Sequence record: DRR378314_1695
Length of the DNA stretch: 35,897 bases
Strand: one strand, 5' to 3'
Both the position numbers and the translations under genes were made by a program. Position 1 is the first letter of the stretch. The number at the start of each line of letters is the position of its first letter. The notes under the pieces are model-generated. The model was not told the origin of the DNA. It worked only from the letters and a program-made list of their open reading frames with translations, and searched no databases. This document shows, piece by piece, positions 16,930-28,064 of this stretch.

Positions 16930-18342
16930 ATGAGGAGAACGTTTTTAGTGTTAGTAGTAATTTTAGCTGTTTTAGTGGCTCCAGCACAAGCCCAAAATAG
17001 TGGCCAAGTATACTTTACCAATGGCTTTAAGATAGGAGAATTAACCGATTCCTCTGCCATACTATGGACCAGATTGTGCCGATACGAAAAGCCGGTACCC
17101 ATAAAACATCAACAGAAAGGGGCTCCCTTTAGAAGCCCTATCGATTTTGACAATGATATGCCGGTAAATGAAATGGACGGGGCCGTGGAGGGTACCTTCG
17201 GGCAGATCAGCATTGAGGTCCGTTCTAAAGACACTGTGATAAATACCCCATGGGAATATGTTTCGGAGTATAAAGACTTTACTTTTAAACACAAGATTTC
17301 CGGTCTAAAATCCAATACGGACTATACCGTAACCATTAGGGGAAGAAAAGGATCTGAAACACCCGTTACCGAAATACAGGGAAGGTTTACCACTGCTCCC
17401 AAAGCAAATGAAGTGGTGCCTGTCCTCTTCACCTCTTCCACCTGTCAATACTTTTGGTCCTATGACGATCCTGAAAGAGGCTTTAAGATATATGATAATA
17501 TGCTAAAACTAAATCCGCTGTTTCACTGCCAAACGGGAGATTATGTTTATTACGACAAAGCCGGGCCCATGGCCTATAATTTAGAATTGGCCAGACATAA
17601 ATGGCACGCCATTAATTCCTGGCCCTCTTTGAACAATTTCTACAACAATACTCCCCTTTACTTACAAAAGGACGACCACGATCTGTTAAAGGACGATGCC
17701 ATGCCCACCTCCTCCCCTTTTGGTGAACTGAGTTTTGAGGATGGCCTGTTAATCTGGAACGAACAGGCCCCTATCATGGACAAATCTTATAGAACCTTTA
17801 GGTGGGGAAAAGATCTACAAATATGGATGGTAGAAGGTAGGGATTACAGAAGTGACAATAAAGCTCCTGACGGAGCAGACAAAAGTATTTGGGGGAAGGA
17901 GCAGATAGAGTGGTTTAAAAAAACGGTGGAAGCCTCGGATGCCACTTTTAAGATACTAAGCTCGCCCACCCCCGTGGTAGGTCCGGATAGGGCAAAAGGA
18001 AAAATTGACAATCATTCCAATGTTTCCTTTAAAACAGAGGGCGATTGGTTACGTAAATACCTTTCCGATCAAAAAATGCTCGTAATCAATGGGGATAGGC
18101 ATTGGCAATACGTTTCCGTTGATCCGGAGACCGGCCTTATGGAATTTAGCCAAGGCCCATCAAGCGACTCCCATGCCCAGGGATGGGATGCAAAGGATAA
18201 ACGTCCCGAGCACAAGTTCCTAAGGGTCAAGGGTGGATTTTTGGCCGTAAAAATACATCGGGAAGGGAATACTCCTATTATTGAGTTTATTCATTATGAT
18301 GTTGATGGCAATATTGTGAACAAGGAAACCATAAGTAGGTAA
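16930..18342 (+). CDS. Alkaline phosphatase D (PhoD) family metallophosphoesterase, exported
   Basis: Signal peptide with RRTFL and AQA; SAILWTR, GDYVYYD, DDHD, GDRH motifs. Confidence 0.9.
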   Translation: MRRTFLVLVVILAVLVAPAQAQNSGQVYFTNGFKIGELTDSSAILWTRLCRYEKPVPIKHQQKGAPFRSPIDFDNDMPVNEMDGAVEGTFGQISIEVRSKDTVINTPWEYVSEYKDFTFKHKISGLKSNTDYTVTIRGRKGSETPVTEIQGRFTTAPKANEVVPVLFTSSTCQYFWSYDDPERGFKIYDNMLKLNPLFHCQTGDYVYYDKAGPMAYNLELARHKWHAINSWPSLNNFYNNTPLYLQKDDHDLLKDDAMPTSSPFGELSFEDGLLIWNEQAPIMDKSYRTFRWGKDLQIWMVEGRDYRSDNKAPDGADKSIWGKEQIEWFKKTVEASDATFKILSSPTPVVGPDRAKGKIDNHSNVSFKTEGDWLRKYLSDQKMLVINGDRHWQYVSVDPETGLMEFSQGPSSDSHAQGWDAKDKRPEHKFLRVKGGFLAVKIHREGNTPIIEFIHYDVDGNIVNKETISR

Positions 18343-18405
18343 AAATTAACTAACTTCAAGTTTAATTAAAGGCCATACCACTAACCCAATATAATAAATT
18401 GCCAA

Positions 18406-19299
18406 ATGAACAGGAGAAATTTTATAGGTAAAACAGCAGTCCTAAGCGCATCGGCTTTAATGCCCTTAAGTTCATTTTCCATATTGGGGCAACCAAAATA
18501 CAAGATGGGTTATCAGTTGTTTTCTGTACGTACCGATATGGCCGAAAATCCCCTTGCCACCATTAAGGCCTTAAAGGAAATGGGCTATGAGGACTTCGAA
18601 TTCTATGGATTTGATGCTGACAAGGGCCTTATTTATGGCTATACTCCTTCTGAATTGAAGACTATTTTGGATGACCTGCAATTATCCATTACAAGCGGAC
18701 ATTACAGCTTTTCCCCTTACTTGGAAAAATCCGATGAGGCGTTAAAACATTATGTAGATCAGTGTATACTGGCAGCAAAGGCTATTGATAGCAAATATAT
18801 CACCTGGCCCTATATTGCTCCGGAACAGCGGACTTTGGATAACTTCAAATTAATGTCCCGCAAACTCAACCTTATAGGGGAACAAGTTAATGAGGCTGGA
18901 CTAGGATTTGCCTATCACAATCACGGCTATGAATTTGAAGATTACGGAGGCCAAAGCGGATTTGACATCATATTAAACGAAACGGATGCTTCTTTGGTAA
19001 AACTCCAGATGGATATGTACTGGGTAATGCATTCCTCCACACTAACTCCGAAGGAATTAATAGAGAAACAACCTGGGCGTTACGTAATGTGGCATATCAA
19101 GGACATGGATAAAATTAGTAGGGACTATTCAGAATTGGGCAATGGATCCATTGATTACCGATCAATTCTTCCAGACCCTAAAAAATCGGGATTGGAGTTC
19201 TATTATTTGGAACAAGGTGGAAATTTTAAGACAAATCCTATGCAAAGTGCGGCGGATAGTGCCGATTATTTTAAAAAACACCTGCGGCAATATTTATGA
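18406..19299 (+). CDS. Tat-exported sugar phosphate isomerase/epimerase (xylose isomerase-like TIM barrel)
   Basis: MNRRNFI twin-arginine signal; AYHNHGYEF, QMDMYW, HIKD, YLEQ. Confidence 0.9.
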   Translation: MNRRNFIGKTAVLSASALMPLSSFSILGQPKYKMGYQLFSVRTDMAENPLATIKALKEMGYEDFEFYGFDADKGLIYGYTPSELKTILDDLQLSITSGHYSFSPYLEKSDEALKHYVDQCILAAKAIDSKYITWPYIAPEQRTLDNFKLMSRKLNLIGEQVNEAGLGFAYHNHGYEFEDYGGQSGFDIILNETDASLVKLQMDMYWVMHSSTLTPKELIEKQPGRYVMWHIKDMDKISRDYSELGNGSIDYRSILPDPKKSGLEFYYLEQGGNFKTNPMQSAADSADYFKKHLRQYL

Positions 19300-19547
19300 T
19301 CCATCCTCATGACTTCATAAAGTCCCCTTTGCCTCAGCACAAAAAAACAGAATAACATATATTCAATGAAGTAGGCATTATTCAATTTATTACTTTCAAA
19401 CAAATAAAATTCAGCTTTTTTCTTACTCTCGAATTTTCAAAACAAATAATAAAATAAGGATCAACAAACCATACTTTTTTAATATCTCCTGCCACAACTG
19501 AACCTCAATCCTTATTTTTGCCAAATATTCAACATTGCATTCTGGTC

Positions 19548-20816
19548 ATGAACAACGGTTTAAGACGATTAATTTACGATTACCTGATCCAATCTGGTCT
19601 GGAAGCCAATATGGCCTCCTACCTAAATGCATTAATTCTTTTTATCGGAATAATTTTAGTGGCCCTATTAATGGATTATATCCTTTGGAAACTATTCCGT
19701 TTCCTATCGGTCAGGTTCGCCAGACAATCCAAGACCAATTTTGACGATTTTTTAGTATTCAATAAGGTACCCAGATTTGTGGCTCACATTATACCCCTAT
19801 GGTTGTTGTACCGCTATCTTCCTTTGGCCTTTCTTGATTTTGAAAATGTAGAGGGCATTATATTGAAGTTAATCGAAATACTTGCCGTAATCCTGGTTTT
19901 AGTGCTGATTAGAAGCTTGCTCCGAAGCATTAAGGATTATCTAAAGACCTTGCCCCATATGAAGGACAAGCCTTTGGATAGCTATATTCAAGTATTTATG
20001 ATATTCGCTTGGATTGGAGGGATACTTACTTTTTTTGCAGTATTGACCGACATTACCATTTGGAAATTCTTTACCACCTTGGGTGCTGCCTCTGCGGTAA
20101 TCCTTTTAATATTTAAAGATACTATTCTAGGTCTTGTAGCAAGCATACAGGTAAGTATCAACGACATGGTCCGCATTGGGGATTGGATAACCTTTGAAAA
20201 ATTTGGGGCCGATGGCAATGTTACCGAAATTTCCCTAGCCACGGTGAAAGTCCAGAATTTTGACAAGACCATTACTACAATTCCTACCTATTCACTTATT
20301 TCGGATTCGTTCAAAAACTGGAGGGGAATGCAGGCTTCGGGAGGTCGTAGGATTAAACGCGCCCTGCTTATAAAACAGAAAAGCATCAAATTCCTTTCTG
20401 CAGATAATATTGAAACCTTAAAAGGTATACAGATAATTGCCAAATATATAGAAACTAGAAATAGCACTATAGACACGTACAACAAAGAGCATGGTATTGA
20501 CAAACAATTGGCCATAAACGGAAGGAACTTGACCAATATTGGGGTTTTTAGAAAATATGTGGAGACTTACCTAAAGAACCATTCCGCTATAAACCAGAAA
20601 ATGACCCTAATGACCAGACAATTGCCCCCTACTTCCCAAGGAATACCTTTGGAAATTTATGCCTTTAGCAGTGATAAGCGTTGGGAAAACTACGAGTATA
20701 TTATGGCCGATATTTTTGACCATTTGTTGGCGGCGCTACCCTATTTTGAGTTGGAAGTATTTGAACTGCCAACCACTTTTAATAATGGTTTGAAGGAGAT
20801 AGAAATTGAAGAGTAA
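19548..20816 (+). CDS. Mechanosensitive channel, MscS family (YbdG-like)
   Basis: LIFKDTILGLVASIQ, IGDWI, VQNFDKTITTIP, NWRGMQASGGRRIKR; ATG 19548 preferred because TTG 19518 lies in the -7 element TATTTTTG. Confidence 0.92.
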   Translation: MNNGLRRLIYDYLIQSGLEANMASYLNALILFIGIILVALLMDYILWKLFRFLSVRFARQSKTNFDDFLVFNKVPRFVAHIIPLWLLYRYLPLAFLDFENVEGIILKLIEILAVILVLVLIRSLLRSIKDYLKTLPHMKDKPLDSYIQVFMIFAWIGGILTFFAVLTDITIWKFFTTLGAASAVILLIFKDTILGLVASIQVSINDMVRIGDWITFEKFGADGNVTEISLATVKVQNFDKTITTIPTYSLISDSFKNWRGMQASGGRRIKRALLIKQKSIKFLSADNIETLKGIQIIAKYIETRNSTIDTYNKEHGIDKQLAINGRNLTNIGVFRKYVETYLKNHSAINQKMTLMTRQLPPTSQGIPLEIYAFSSDKRWENYEYIMADIFDHLLAALPYFELEVFELPTTFNNGLKEIEIEE

Positions 20817-20895
20817 GGGTCTCATTACAAGGTAGGAATGCCATAAATATTGTGAATGAAACCTTAGTTTCCATGTTTTCCATTAAATTAATAGT

Positions 20896-21501
20896 ATGAA
20901 TCGAATATTAATTTTGTTTGCACATCCTAAATTTGAACAATCCAGAGCAAACAAAGCCCTGGTCAAAATGATAGAAAACAAGGAAGGCGTTACTTTTCAT
21001 GACCTATATGAGCGCTATCCTGATTTTAACATAGATATCACCAGTGAAAAAAAACTTTTGGCCGAACATGATGTTATTGTTTGGCACCATCCTTTTTATT
21101 GGTACAGTTGCCCGCCTTTAATGAAACAATGGATGGATGTTGTTCTGGAATTCGGATGGGCCTATGGCGCAAATGGCACGGCACTACAATCCAAAAAATG
21201 TTTAAATGTCATTACCACTGGGGGAACCAGGGCCGTTTACTGTTCGGAGGGAAGCAATAATTATTCTGTAAATGAATTTTTAAGACCTTTTGAGCAGACC
21301 GCCAGACTCTGTGGCATGGAATATCTTCCGCCATTTACGGTTATGGGAACCCATAACATCTCGGATAAGGACCTGGAAGAATACACCTTGAAATACGAAC
21401 AATTAATATGTGAATTACGGCAAAGCTTGCCTTTTGACAAGATCAGAAACTGTGAATTTTTAAATGACACTCCCCAACTAAAAAAGGTAACATCCAAATG
21501 A
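20896..21501 (+). CDS. kefG: KefG/KefF-type ancillary NAD(P)H oxidoreductase
   Basis: ILILFAHP..EQSRANK, DLYERYPDF, HPFYWYSCPPLMKQWMD; ATGA overlap with the CPA2 gene. Confidence 0.88.
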   Translation: MNRILILFAHPKFEQSRANKALVKMIENKEGVTFHDLYERYPDFNIDITSEKKLLAEHDVIVWHHPFYWYSCPPLMKQWMDVVLEFGWAYGANGTALQSKKCLNVITTGGTRAVYCSEGSNNYSVNEFLRPFEQTARLCGMEYLPPFTVMGTHNISDKDLEEYTLKYEQLICELRQSLPFDKIRNCEFLNDTPQLKKVTSK

Positions 21502-23390
21502 GCGGTAGTATACTTTTTGCAGCAATTGTATTTCTGACCGGCGCAATTATTTGTGTCCCCATAGCCAAAAAGTTCGGATTAAGTTCTGTCCTTGGCTACC
21601 TCTTGGCAGGAATACTAATAGGGCCTTATCTTTTAGGCTTTGTTGGTGATGAAGGTCAGGACATACTTCACTTTGCCGAATTTGGTGTGGTCATGATGCT
21701 TTTTCTAATAGGCCTTGAGATAGAACCAAAGAGCTTTTGGCAAATGAGGAAAACCATAATTGGTATGGGTGGGGCCCAGGTTTTGGGTACCATGATTGTT
21801 TCCTTCTTGTTATTTACCACGATCGGCTTTGATTGGAAAGTTTCGTTGATCATATCCATGGCAGTATCCCTCTCCTCCACTGCCATAACCTTACAGACCA
21901 TTAAAGAAAATGGATTGATGAATACCACCTATGGGGCTTCATCGTTTTCCATACTTCTTTTTCAGGATATTATAGTTATTTTGATGTTGGCGGTTATCCC
22001 CTTGCTTACGGACTCGGAAAAAGCTGCCATTGCCGACGATCATTCGGATCATATCTATCTGCTCGAAAATTTACCCCTGGGGTTTCAGGCCTTGGCCATT
22101 TTTCTATCGGTAGTGACAGTGGTTCTTGCCGGTAGATATTTCTTTGTTCCCATGTTGCGGCTGGTGGCCAAAACAAGACTTAGGGAGCTCCTATCTGCCT
22201 CAGCATTGCTAATCGTTATTGCCCTGGCCTATCTCATGGAATTGGTTGGACTAAGTCCGGCCTTAGGAGCTTTTCTTGGAGGGGTGGTATTGGCTACCAG
22301 TGAATTTAAACATGAACTGGAAAGTAATTTGGAACCCTTTAAAGGCCTTTTGTTGGGCTTGTTCTTTATGGCGGTCGGTGCCTCCATTAATTTTATTGTT
22401 ATTGGGGACAACCCCTTAATGATTAGTGGGCTGGTAATCGCCGTAATTGTTTTAAAGGCCCTAATACTGTTCTTGGTCGCAGCCATTTTTAAGCTCAAGG
22501 CCGATCAAAGACTGCTCCTGACTATTGGGCTAGCCCAAATTGGGGAGTTTGCCTTTGTTCTACTTTCTTTTGCCTATCAATTAAATATTCTGGATAGGGT
22601 AGAGTTGGATATGATGTTGGTTGTAACGGCACTTACCATGACCCTTACACCCATACTTGGAATAATAAATGAACGATTGATCCTACCCAGGGTTGGAACC
22701 AAAAAAGCAGAAACAAGACAGGTAGATCATATAGCCAAGACCCACAAAGTTATTTTGGTAGGTTTTGGCCATTTTGGAAGTACCGTAGGAAGGTTCCTCA
22801 GATCATATGGCATTGAAGCCACCATATTGGATAACGATTCCAACCGGGTAGATCTTCTTAGAAAAATGGGTTTTGAAGTATATTATGGGGATGCTACGCG
22901 CATGGATCTTTTGGAATCGGCCGGTATAGCAGAGGCCAAGATTCTAATATCCGCTATAGACAATAGCGATAACGTAATTCATCTTACCAAAATGGTCAAA
23001 GAGAAATATCCAAACGTTAAACTAATGTTACGTGCAAAAAATAGATATGATGCGTATGATTTATTAAATATGGGTGTTGAAGATGTGTACAGGGAATCTT
23101 TGGAAACCTCCGTTAAGATGGCCGGTGATGCTTTGAACCATTTGGGATTTAGAAAATACACCATTTATAGACAGGCCCAAAAATTTATTCAATATGATGA
23201 GGAAGGCCTGAGACGAATGGCCGATAAAACTAAAACCAAGGAGGAATATATATTTAAGGCCAAAGAAGAGATCAAACAGCAGGAAAAACAATTGGAAGAA
23301 GATCTTAAAAGAGGAATTATTGAATTTGACAATCATTGGGATAGTGAACAGATGAGAGCGGCACACAAAAGTCCTGAACGGTCATCTTAA
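21498..23390 (+). CDS. kefB: Glutathione-regulated K+ efflux antiporter, KefB/KefC (CPA2) family
   Basis: LGYLLAGILIGP, AEFGVV, SSTA, LLFQD, HELESNLEPFKGLLLGLFF, C-terminal KTN domain (GFGHFG, YYGDATR). Confidence 0.9.
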   Translation: MSGSILFAAIVFLTGAIICVPIAKKFGLSSVLGYLLAGILIGPYLLGFVGDEGQDILHFAEFGVVMMLFLIGLEIEPKSFWQMRKTIIGMGGAQVLGTMIVSFLLFTTIGFDWKVSLIISMAVSLSSTAITLQTIKENGLMNTTYGASSFSILLFQDIIVILMLAVIPLLTDSEKAAIADDHSDHIYLLENLPLGFQALAIFLSVVTVVLAGRYFFVPMLRLVAKTRLRELLSASALLIVIALAYLMELVGLSPALGAFLGGVVLATSEFKHELESNLEPFKGLLLGLFFMAVGASINFIVIGDNPLMISGLVIAVIVLKALILFLVAAIFKLKADQRLLLTIGLAQIGEFAFVLLSFAYQLNILDRVELDMMLVVTALTMTLTPILGIINERLILPRVGTKKAETRQVDHIAKTHKVILVGFGHFGSTVGRFLRSYGIEATILDNDSNRVDLLRKMGFEVYYGDATRMDLLESAGIAEAKILISAIDNSDNVIHLTKMVKEKYPNVKLMLRAKNRYDAYDLLNMGVEDVYRESLETSVKMAGDALNHLGFRKYTIYRQAQKFIQYDEEGLRRMADKTKTKEEYIFKAKEEIKQQEKQLEEDLKRGIIEFDNHWDSEQMRAAHKSPERSS

Positions 23391-23990
23391 TATATATCAT
23401 CCAAAACAACTATATAATTCCTTCTAAAACACTGGAAAACAAATATTGAACTACCAATTAATGGTACTTGTTCAAGTTGCCCATGCTTCTCAGATATGGT
23501 AGGTCAGATCAATTCATTTCCAAAAAGGCAAAGTCTCCTACAAATCCATAAAATGTTATTTCAGCTGCAATATTAACTCTAGTAAGTATACAGCAGCTAA
23601 AACCTATGCCCATGGTGTAACACGCAACATTAAAAATAACCCATAAAATACTCCTAGTCTAACCGGATTACAAAAGGTTAATAGGCTGTTTAAGAAAGAC
23701 CTGCCCATAAAATTGGTTAACATATAGACAAAAGGCAGACAGTACAGGATGCCCAAATCCCTCTCCAAGCTTATTATTGTAGAATTGAATGGCCAATTGT
23801 AACATTAATAAAAAGGCAAGGTCTAGTGGTTTTGCCATCCTATTGCAAATTATCAAACAATTAACACAAAAATTGTAATCTATCGTATGAATGACCTAAA
23901 ATACTTTGCTAATTCTCTAATTTCGCCAATTTTCAATATTCATAACCAAAAAGTTAATTTACATCATAAATAACCAAACCATTAACCAAA

Positions 23991-25091
23991 ATGAAAATAG
24001 GTATTTTAAAAGAAACCTTGGATGGAGAAAGACGCGTTGCCATTACACCTAACATTGCAAAACAATTAATTGCATCAGGATTTGAACTCCTTGCGGAGGA
24101 AGGTGCAGGAGAGTACTCTTCCTTTAAAGATTCTGATTATAAAAATGTTGGGGTGGCTGTTGAAAAAAGAGCAGTCATTTTCCATGAAGCCGAGGTACTC
24201 CTAAAAATCAATCCCTTTGATGAAGAAGATTTAAAGTTGGTCGATAAAGGGCAGATTTTGATCAGTAAATTGTACCACAAATCCAATCCAGATCTAATCA
24301 AGGCCATTGCCAATAAGGGCGTTAGCGCATTTTCCATGGATGCCATCCCAAGAATTTCCCGAGCCCAGGATATGGATGTATTAAGTTCCCAAAACAATCT
24401 GGCGGGCTATAAAGCGGTGATCTTGGGAGCCTTTGAAATGACCAAAATCTTTCCTTTGATGATGACATCGGCAGGAACCATTGCTCCCGCCAGGGTATTG
24501 ATCTATGGTATTGGGGTTGCAGGCCTACAAGCCATAGCGACTGCCAAAAGATTGGGAGCTATAGTAGAAGCCACGGATATAAGATCTGAAACCAAGGAGC
24601 AAGCGGAATCCTTGGGGGCCAAATTTATCTCGGTAGACAATGAGGGAGAGGAAACAGAAGGGGGCTACGCCAAGGAAGCCTCGGCCGATTACCAAAATAG
24701 ACAAAAAGAGGCGGTAAACAAATCATTGTTCAAGGCGGACTTGGTTATTACAACTGCCAATATCCCTGGTAGAAAAGCACCGATTTTAATTACGGAAGAA
24801 CAGGTAATGCACATGAAAAATGGTGCAGTAATCATAGATTTGGCCGCTGCCCAAGGAGGAAATTGTGAAGTAAGTGAGATAAATAAGACCATAGTAAAAA
24901 ATGGAGTAAAGGTCATTGGCACCAGTATTGACCCAAGAAGCGTTTCCACAAATGCTAGTGATCTATATGCGAAAAACATCTACAACTATATTATACACTT
25001 AACCGACGGGACCAATTTTAAATGGGATCTGGGGGAAGAAATTACGGATGAAACCTTGATCGTCCAAAATGGAACTATTAGAAAAAATTAA
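23991..25091 (+). CDS. pntA: NAD(P) transhydrogenase subunit alpha part 1
   Basis: ERRVAITP, PRISRAQDMDVLSSQ, GVAGLQAIATAKRLGA, GGYAKE, GGNCE. Confidence 0.96.
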   Translation: MKIGILKETLDGERRVAITPNIAKQLIASGFELLAEEGAGEYSSFKDSDYKNVGVAVEKRAVIFHEAEVLLKINPFDEEDLKLVDKGQILISKLYHKSNPDLIKAIANKGVSAFSMDAIPRISRAQDMDVLSSQNNLAGYKAVILGAFEMTKIFPLMMTSAGTIAPARVLIYGIGVAGLQAIATAKRLGAIVEATDIRSETKEQAESLGAKFISVDNEGEETEGGYAKEASADYQNRQKEAVNKSLFKADLVITTANIPGRKAPILITEEQVMHMKNGAVIIDLAAAQGGNCEVSEINKTIVKNGVKVIGTSIDPRSVSTNASDLYAKNIYNYIIHLTDGTNFKWDLGEEITDETLIVQNGTIRKN

Positions 25092-25102
25092 ATAATTAAA
25101 CA

Positions 25103-25411
25103 ATGAACGAATTTTGGGAATTTATAGAGAATAACCTACAGATTACATATATCCTTATCCTTGCCATATTTGTTGGGATAGAGGTAATAAAGAGCATTCC
25201 TGCTGTTTTGCATACACCTTTAATGTCGGGCGCAAATGCCTTGAGCGGCGTTGTAATTGTCGGCGCAATTTTAGTCATGTTGCATGCAGACCCAACCGAT
25301 TATGTAGCCCTTTCATTGGGATTCGTTGCTGTTGTCCTGGGTGTCTTAAATGTGGTAGGTGGCTTTGCGGTTACCGATAGAATGTTACAAATGTTTAAAA
25401 GAAAAAAATAA
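25103..25411 (+). CDS. pntA: NAD(P) transhydrogenase subunit alpha part 2
   Basis: LHTPLMSGANALSG, NVVGGFAVTDRMLQMF. Confidence 0.95.
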   Translation: MNEFWEFIENNLQITYILILAIFVGIEVIKSIPAVLHTPLMSGANALSGVVIVGAILVMLHADPTDYVALSLGFVAVVLGVLNVVGGFAVTDRMLQMFKRKK

Positions 25412-26790
25412 TGGGAGTTTTATTGAATATTATATATCTGATTGCAACCGTAACATTTATAGTTGGCCTAAAAATGTTGGGCCACCCGGAAACGGCAAAA
25501 AAAGGCAATCTAATAGCGGCGGCCGGTATGGGATTGGCCATTTTGGGAACTGTTTTTGTTCATGAATTGGAGGTCCCCCCGCTTATATATATCCTAGTGG
25601 GAATAGCAATTCTTATAGGGTCCATCATAGGCTGGTTGATCGCCATAAAGGTAGAAATGACGAAGATGCCGGAATTGGTCTCTTTATTCAATGGTTTTGG
25701 GGGTGCAAGTGCAGCACTTATTGGCCTAGTGGAATACGGTAAAAATGTAACCAATGCTACCCAGTCCATGACTATAGTTTCAGGTATAATAATCGGGGCC
25801 ATTACTTTTTCCGGTAGTTTAATTGCCTGGGGCAAATTGAACGGCTCCTTAAAAAGCGTGGTAAGGATACCCTATTACAACATTGTAAACAACATTACTA
25901 TTATTGGAATTATCATTTTTGCGGCATTTATGGTCGGTTCCAGCGTAGATAGTCAACTGCTTTTGTATACACTATTGGCTGCCGGCCTTATCTATGGAAT
26001 TCTATTTGTGCTTCCTATTGGAGGCGCTGATATGCCCGTGGTAATCTCATTATTGAATTCCCTGACAGGTATTGCCGCGGCCATAACAGGTATTTTATAT
26101 AATAATATGGTAATGCTCGTGGGGGGTATATTAGTAGGTTCTGCCGGTATTATCCTAACTGTGGCAATGTGCAAGGCCATGAATAGGACCTTGGGATCCG
26201 TAATTTTTGGTGCTTTTGGGGGAGCAGCTGCAACAGCAGGTGAGAATAAGGCCTTAGGGTCTATAAAAAGCACCACCGCCAGCGATGCTGCCATTATGAT
26301 GAATTACGCAAACAATGTGGTCATAGTTCCGGGCTATGGCTTGGCAGTTGCACAGGCTCAACATGTAATTCATGAGTTGGAAGAACTATTGATAAAAAGA
26401 GGGGTAAATGTAAAATATGCAATCCATCCTGTGGCAGGCCGTATGCCGGGACATATGAATGTGTTATTGGCCGAATCCAATGTAGAATACAATATGTTGG
26501 TTGAAATGGAAGATATTAACCCCCAATTTAGCAATACCGATATAGTATTGGTTGTTGGGGCAAATGACGTTGTTAACCCGGCAGCACACAACAATCCGGC
26601 AAGTCCTATTTACGGTATGCCAATTTTGGATGTGGAAAATGCCAAACATATCATCGTAAACAAACGGAGTATGAACGCTGGTTATGCAGGGATAGAGAAC
26701 GAATTGTTCTATAATACCAAAACCTCCATGCTTTTCGGTGACGCCAAGGCGGCTTTGACAGATTTGGTGGCGGAAATGAAAAATATCTAA
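25411..26790 (+). CDS. pntB: NAD(P) transhydrogenase subunit beta
   Basis: MTKMPELV, IGGADMPVVISLLNS, HPVAGRMPGHMNVLLAE, GANDVVNPAA. Confidence 0.97.
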   Translation: MGVLLNIIYLIATVTFIVGLKMLGHPETAKKGNLIAAAGMGLAILGTVFVHELEVPPLIYILVGIAILIGSIIGWLIAIKVEMTKMPELVSLFNGFGGASAALIGLVEYGKNVTNATQSMTIVSGIIIGAITFSGSLIAWGKLNGSLKSVVRIPYYNIVNNITIIGIIIFAAFMVGSSVDSQLLLYTLLAAGLIYGILFVLPIGGADMPVVISLLNSLTGIAAAITGILYNNMVMLVGGILVGSAGIILTVAMCKAMNRTLGSVIFGAFGGAAATAGENKALGSIKSTTASDAAIMMNYANNVVIVPGYGLAVAQAQHVIHELEELLIKRGVNVKYAIHPVAGRMPGHMNVLLAESNVEYNMLVEMEDINPQFSNTDIVLVVGANDVVNPAAHNNPASPIYGMPILDVENAKHIIVNKRSMNAGYAGIENELFYNTKTSMLFGDAKAALTDLVAEMKNI

Positions 26791-26871
26791 ATCCTATGAA
26801 GAATTTCAGGTTAATCTTAAGTGGAGTTATAATTGGTGGGTTTAGGGCCCTGTAGCATCTAAAAATTCATA

Positions 26872-26910
26872 AGCAAGAGGGCGAGATTTAGTGGTCGCCC
26901 CCTTGTTCTT
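26872..26910. terminator. Intrinsic terminator between convergent pntB and the Lrp gene
   Basis: CAAGAGGGCGA / TCGCCCCCTTG stem with one mismatch, followed by TTCTT. Confidence 0.6.
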
Positions 26911-27045
26911 AGTGGATTCAATATCCATGAAACTACTTAATAGAAGTGCTGATACCGCAATCAATGAGGTAAAATGAAACCATTTGTTTTAATGGTCAAT
27001 CTATTTTTATCATATTAGGAGAACCTATAGTTGGAAAAATACAAA

Positions 27046-27513
27046 TCACTCAAAAGAAATATGTCGGCTCATGTTTTCTTCCACGGACATAAAAGACTCT
27101 ACCCCTTTTATCCCGTCTATGGTTAAAATGGTATCCTGGTAAACATCCCTATAATGCATACTATCCCTGGCGTGCATTTTAAGAAAAATATCATACTTGC
27201 CAGTGCTATGGTGAATTTTGACCACTTCCGGCACCTTTTGCAGGGCCTCGATAACTTGTTTGTACATAAAACTTTCACGTAGATAAACTCCTAGAAAAAT
27301 GGTCATTTTCCATCCAATCTTGCTGTAGTCCAGATTTAGGGTCGCCCCCTTTATCAGCCCCAAATTTATCATTTTCTTTGTCCGGGCATGTACAGTGCCT
27401 GGGGAGATACCCGCCTTTTTAGCTACTTCGGTATAGGGCATCTGTGCATTGTCTGCCAGCAAACTTAAAATTTTGAAATCCATTTCATCTATTCTATCTT
27501 TCATATTGTTCAA
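27046..27513 (-). CDS. Lrp/AsnC family transcriptional regulator
   Basis: IDEMDFKILSLLADNAQMPYTEVAKKAGISPGTVHAR HTH; STGKYDIFLK RAM domain; start may be 27504. Confidence 0.95.
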   Translation of the reverse strand: MNNMKDRIDEMDFKILSLLADNAQMPYTEVAKKAGISPGTVHARTKKMINLGLIKGATLNLDYSKIGWKMTIFLGVYLRESFMYKQVIEALQKVPEVVKIHHSTGKYDIFLKMHARDSMHYRDVYQDTILTIDGIKGVESFMSVEENMSRHISFE

Positions 27514-27603
27514 TTTGAGATTATCTAGTCCATTCGATATCTGTTATTCGTATAACATCAGCTGCGAAATGCTGTGTTTTATTCTGATAATTATAAGTTT
27601 CAG

Positions 27604-27652
27604 TAAATTTAATTCATCATTTAACGAAAAACACTAATAATATGATAATAAA
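27604..27652 (+). repeat. Copy 1 of a duplicated regulatory block
   Basis: 42/49 nt identical (manual alignment) to 28648-28696; weaker similarity continues downstream. Confidence 0.75.
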
Positions 27653-28064
27653 AGGATGTAAAAATAATTTTATGTCATTTTTCAGAAGTAGGATTTTTCA
27701 TATTATTAAAAATCATTTTTTCATTTTTTTGTTCCTTACATTGGCCTCTAAACCTTGAATTTTAAATTCTAACATATCATTATAAAAATTGATAAAATCT
27801 ATATATATGACATATAATAATGGATTAAACTATCAATTATTTAGTTTTAGATAAAAACAGTCTCCTTTATTGAAATCTTGGGTTCAACTCCCGTGATCTC
27901 TATCAACTAAATACATCAACCTTTAAATATTCAATATTTGGAACCATTGCCTAATGGCAACAGGAACTAGGCTCCTTTTCCAATTGTAAGAATTAGGTCT
28001 GCTGCTATTATAGGCTATAATTAAGGATTCTCTTTTATAGCTTTCCTTTATCCCTCTAATTGAC

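Noticed and set aside
23391-23990. 600 bp gap before pntA, including ORF 23668-23856
   Set aside because: The ORF has no motif or good start; no convincing repeat, Rex box or RNA structure was found by eye
23991-25411. Split pntA as a frameshift or pseudogene
   Set aside because: The alpha1/alpha2/beta three-gene organisation is a well-known normal form of transhydrogenase
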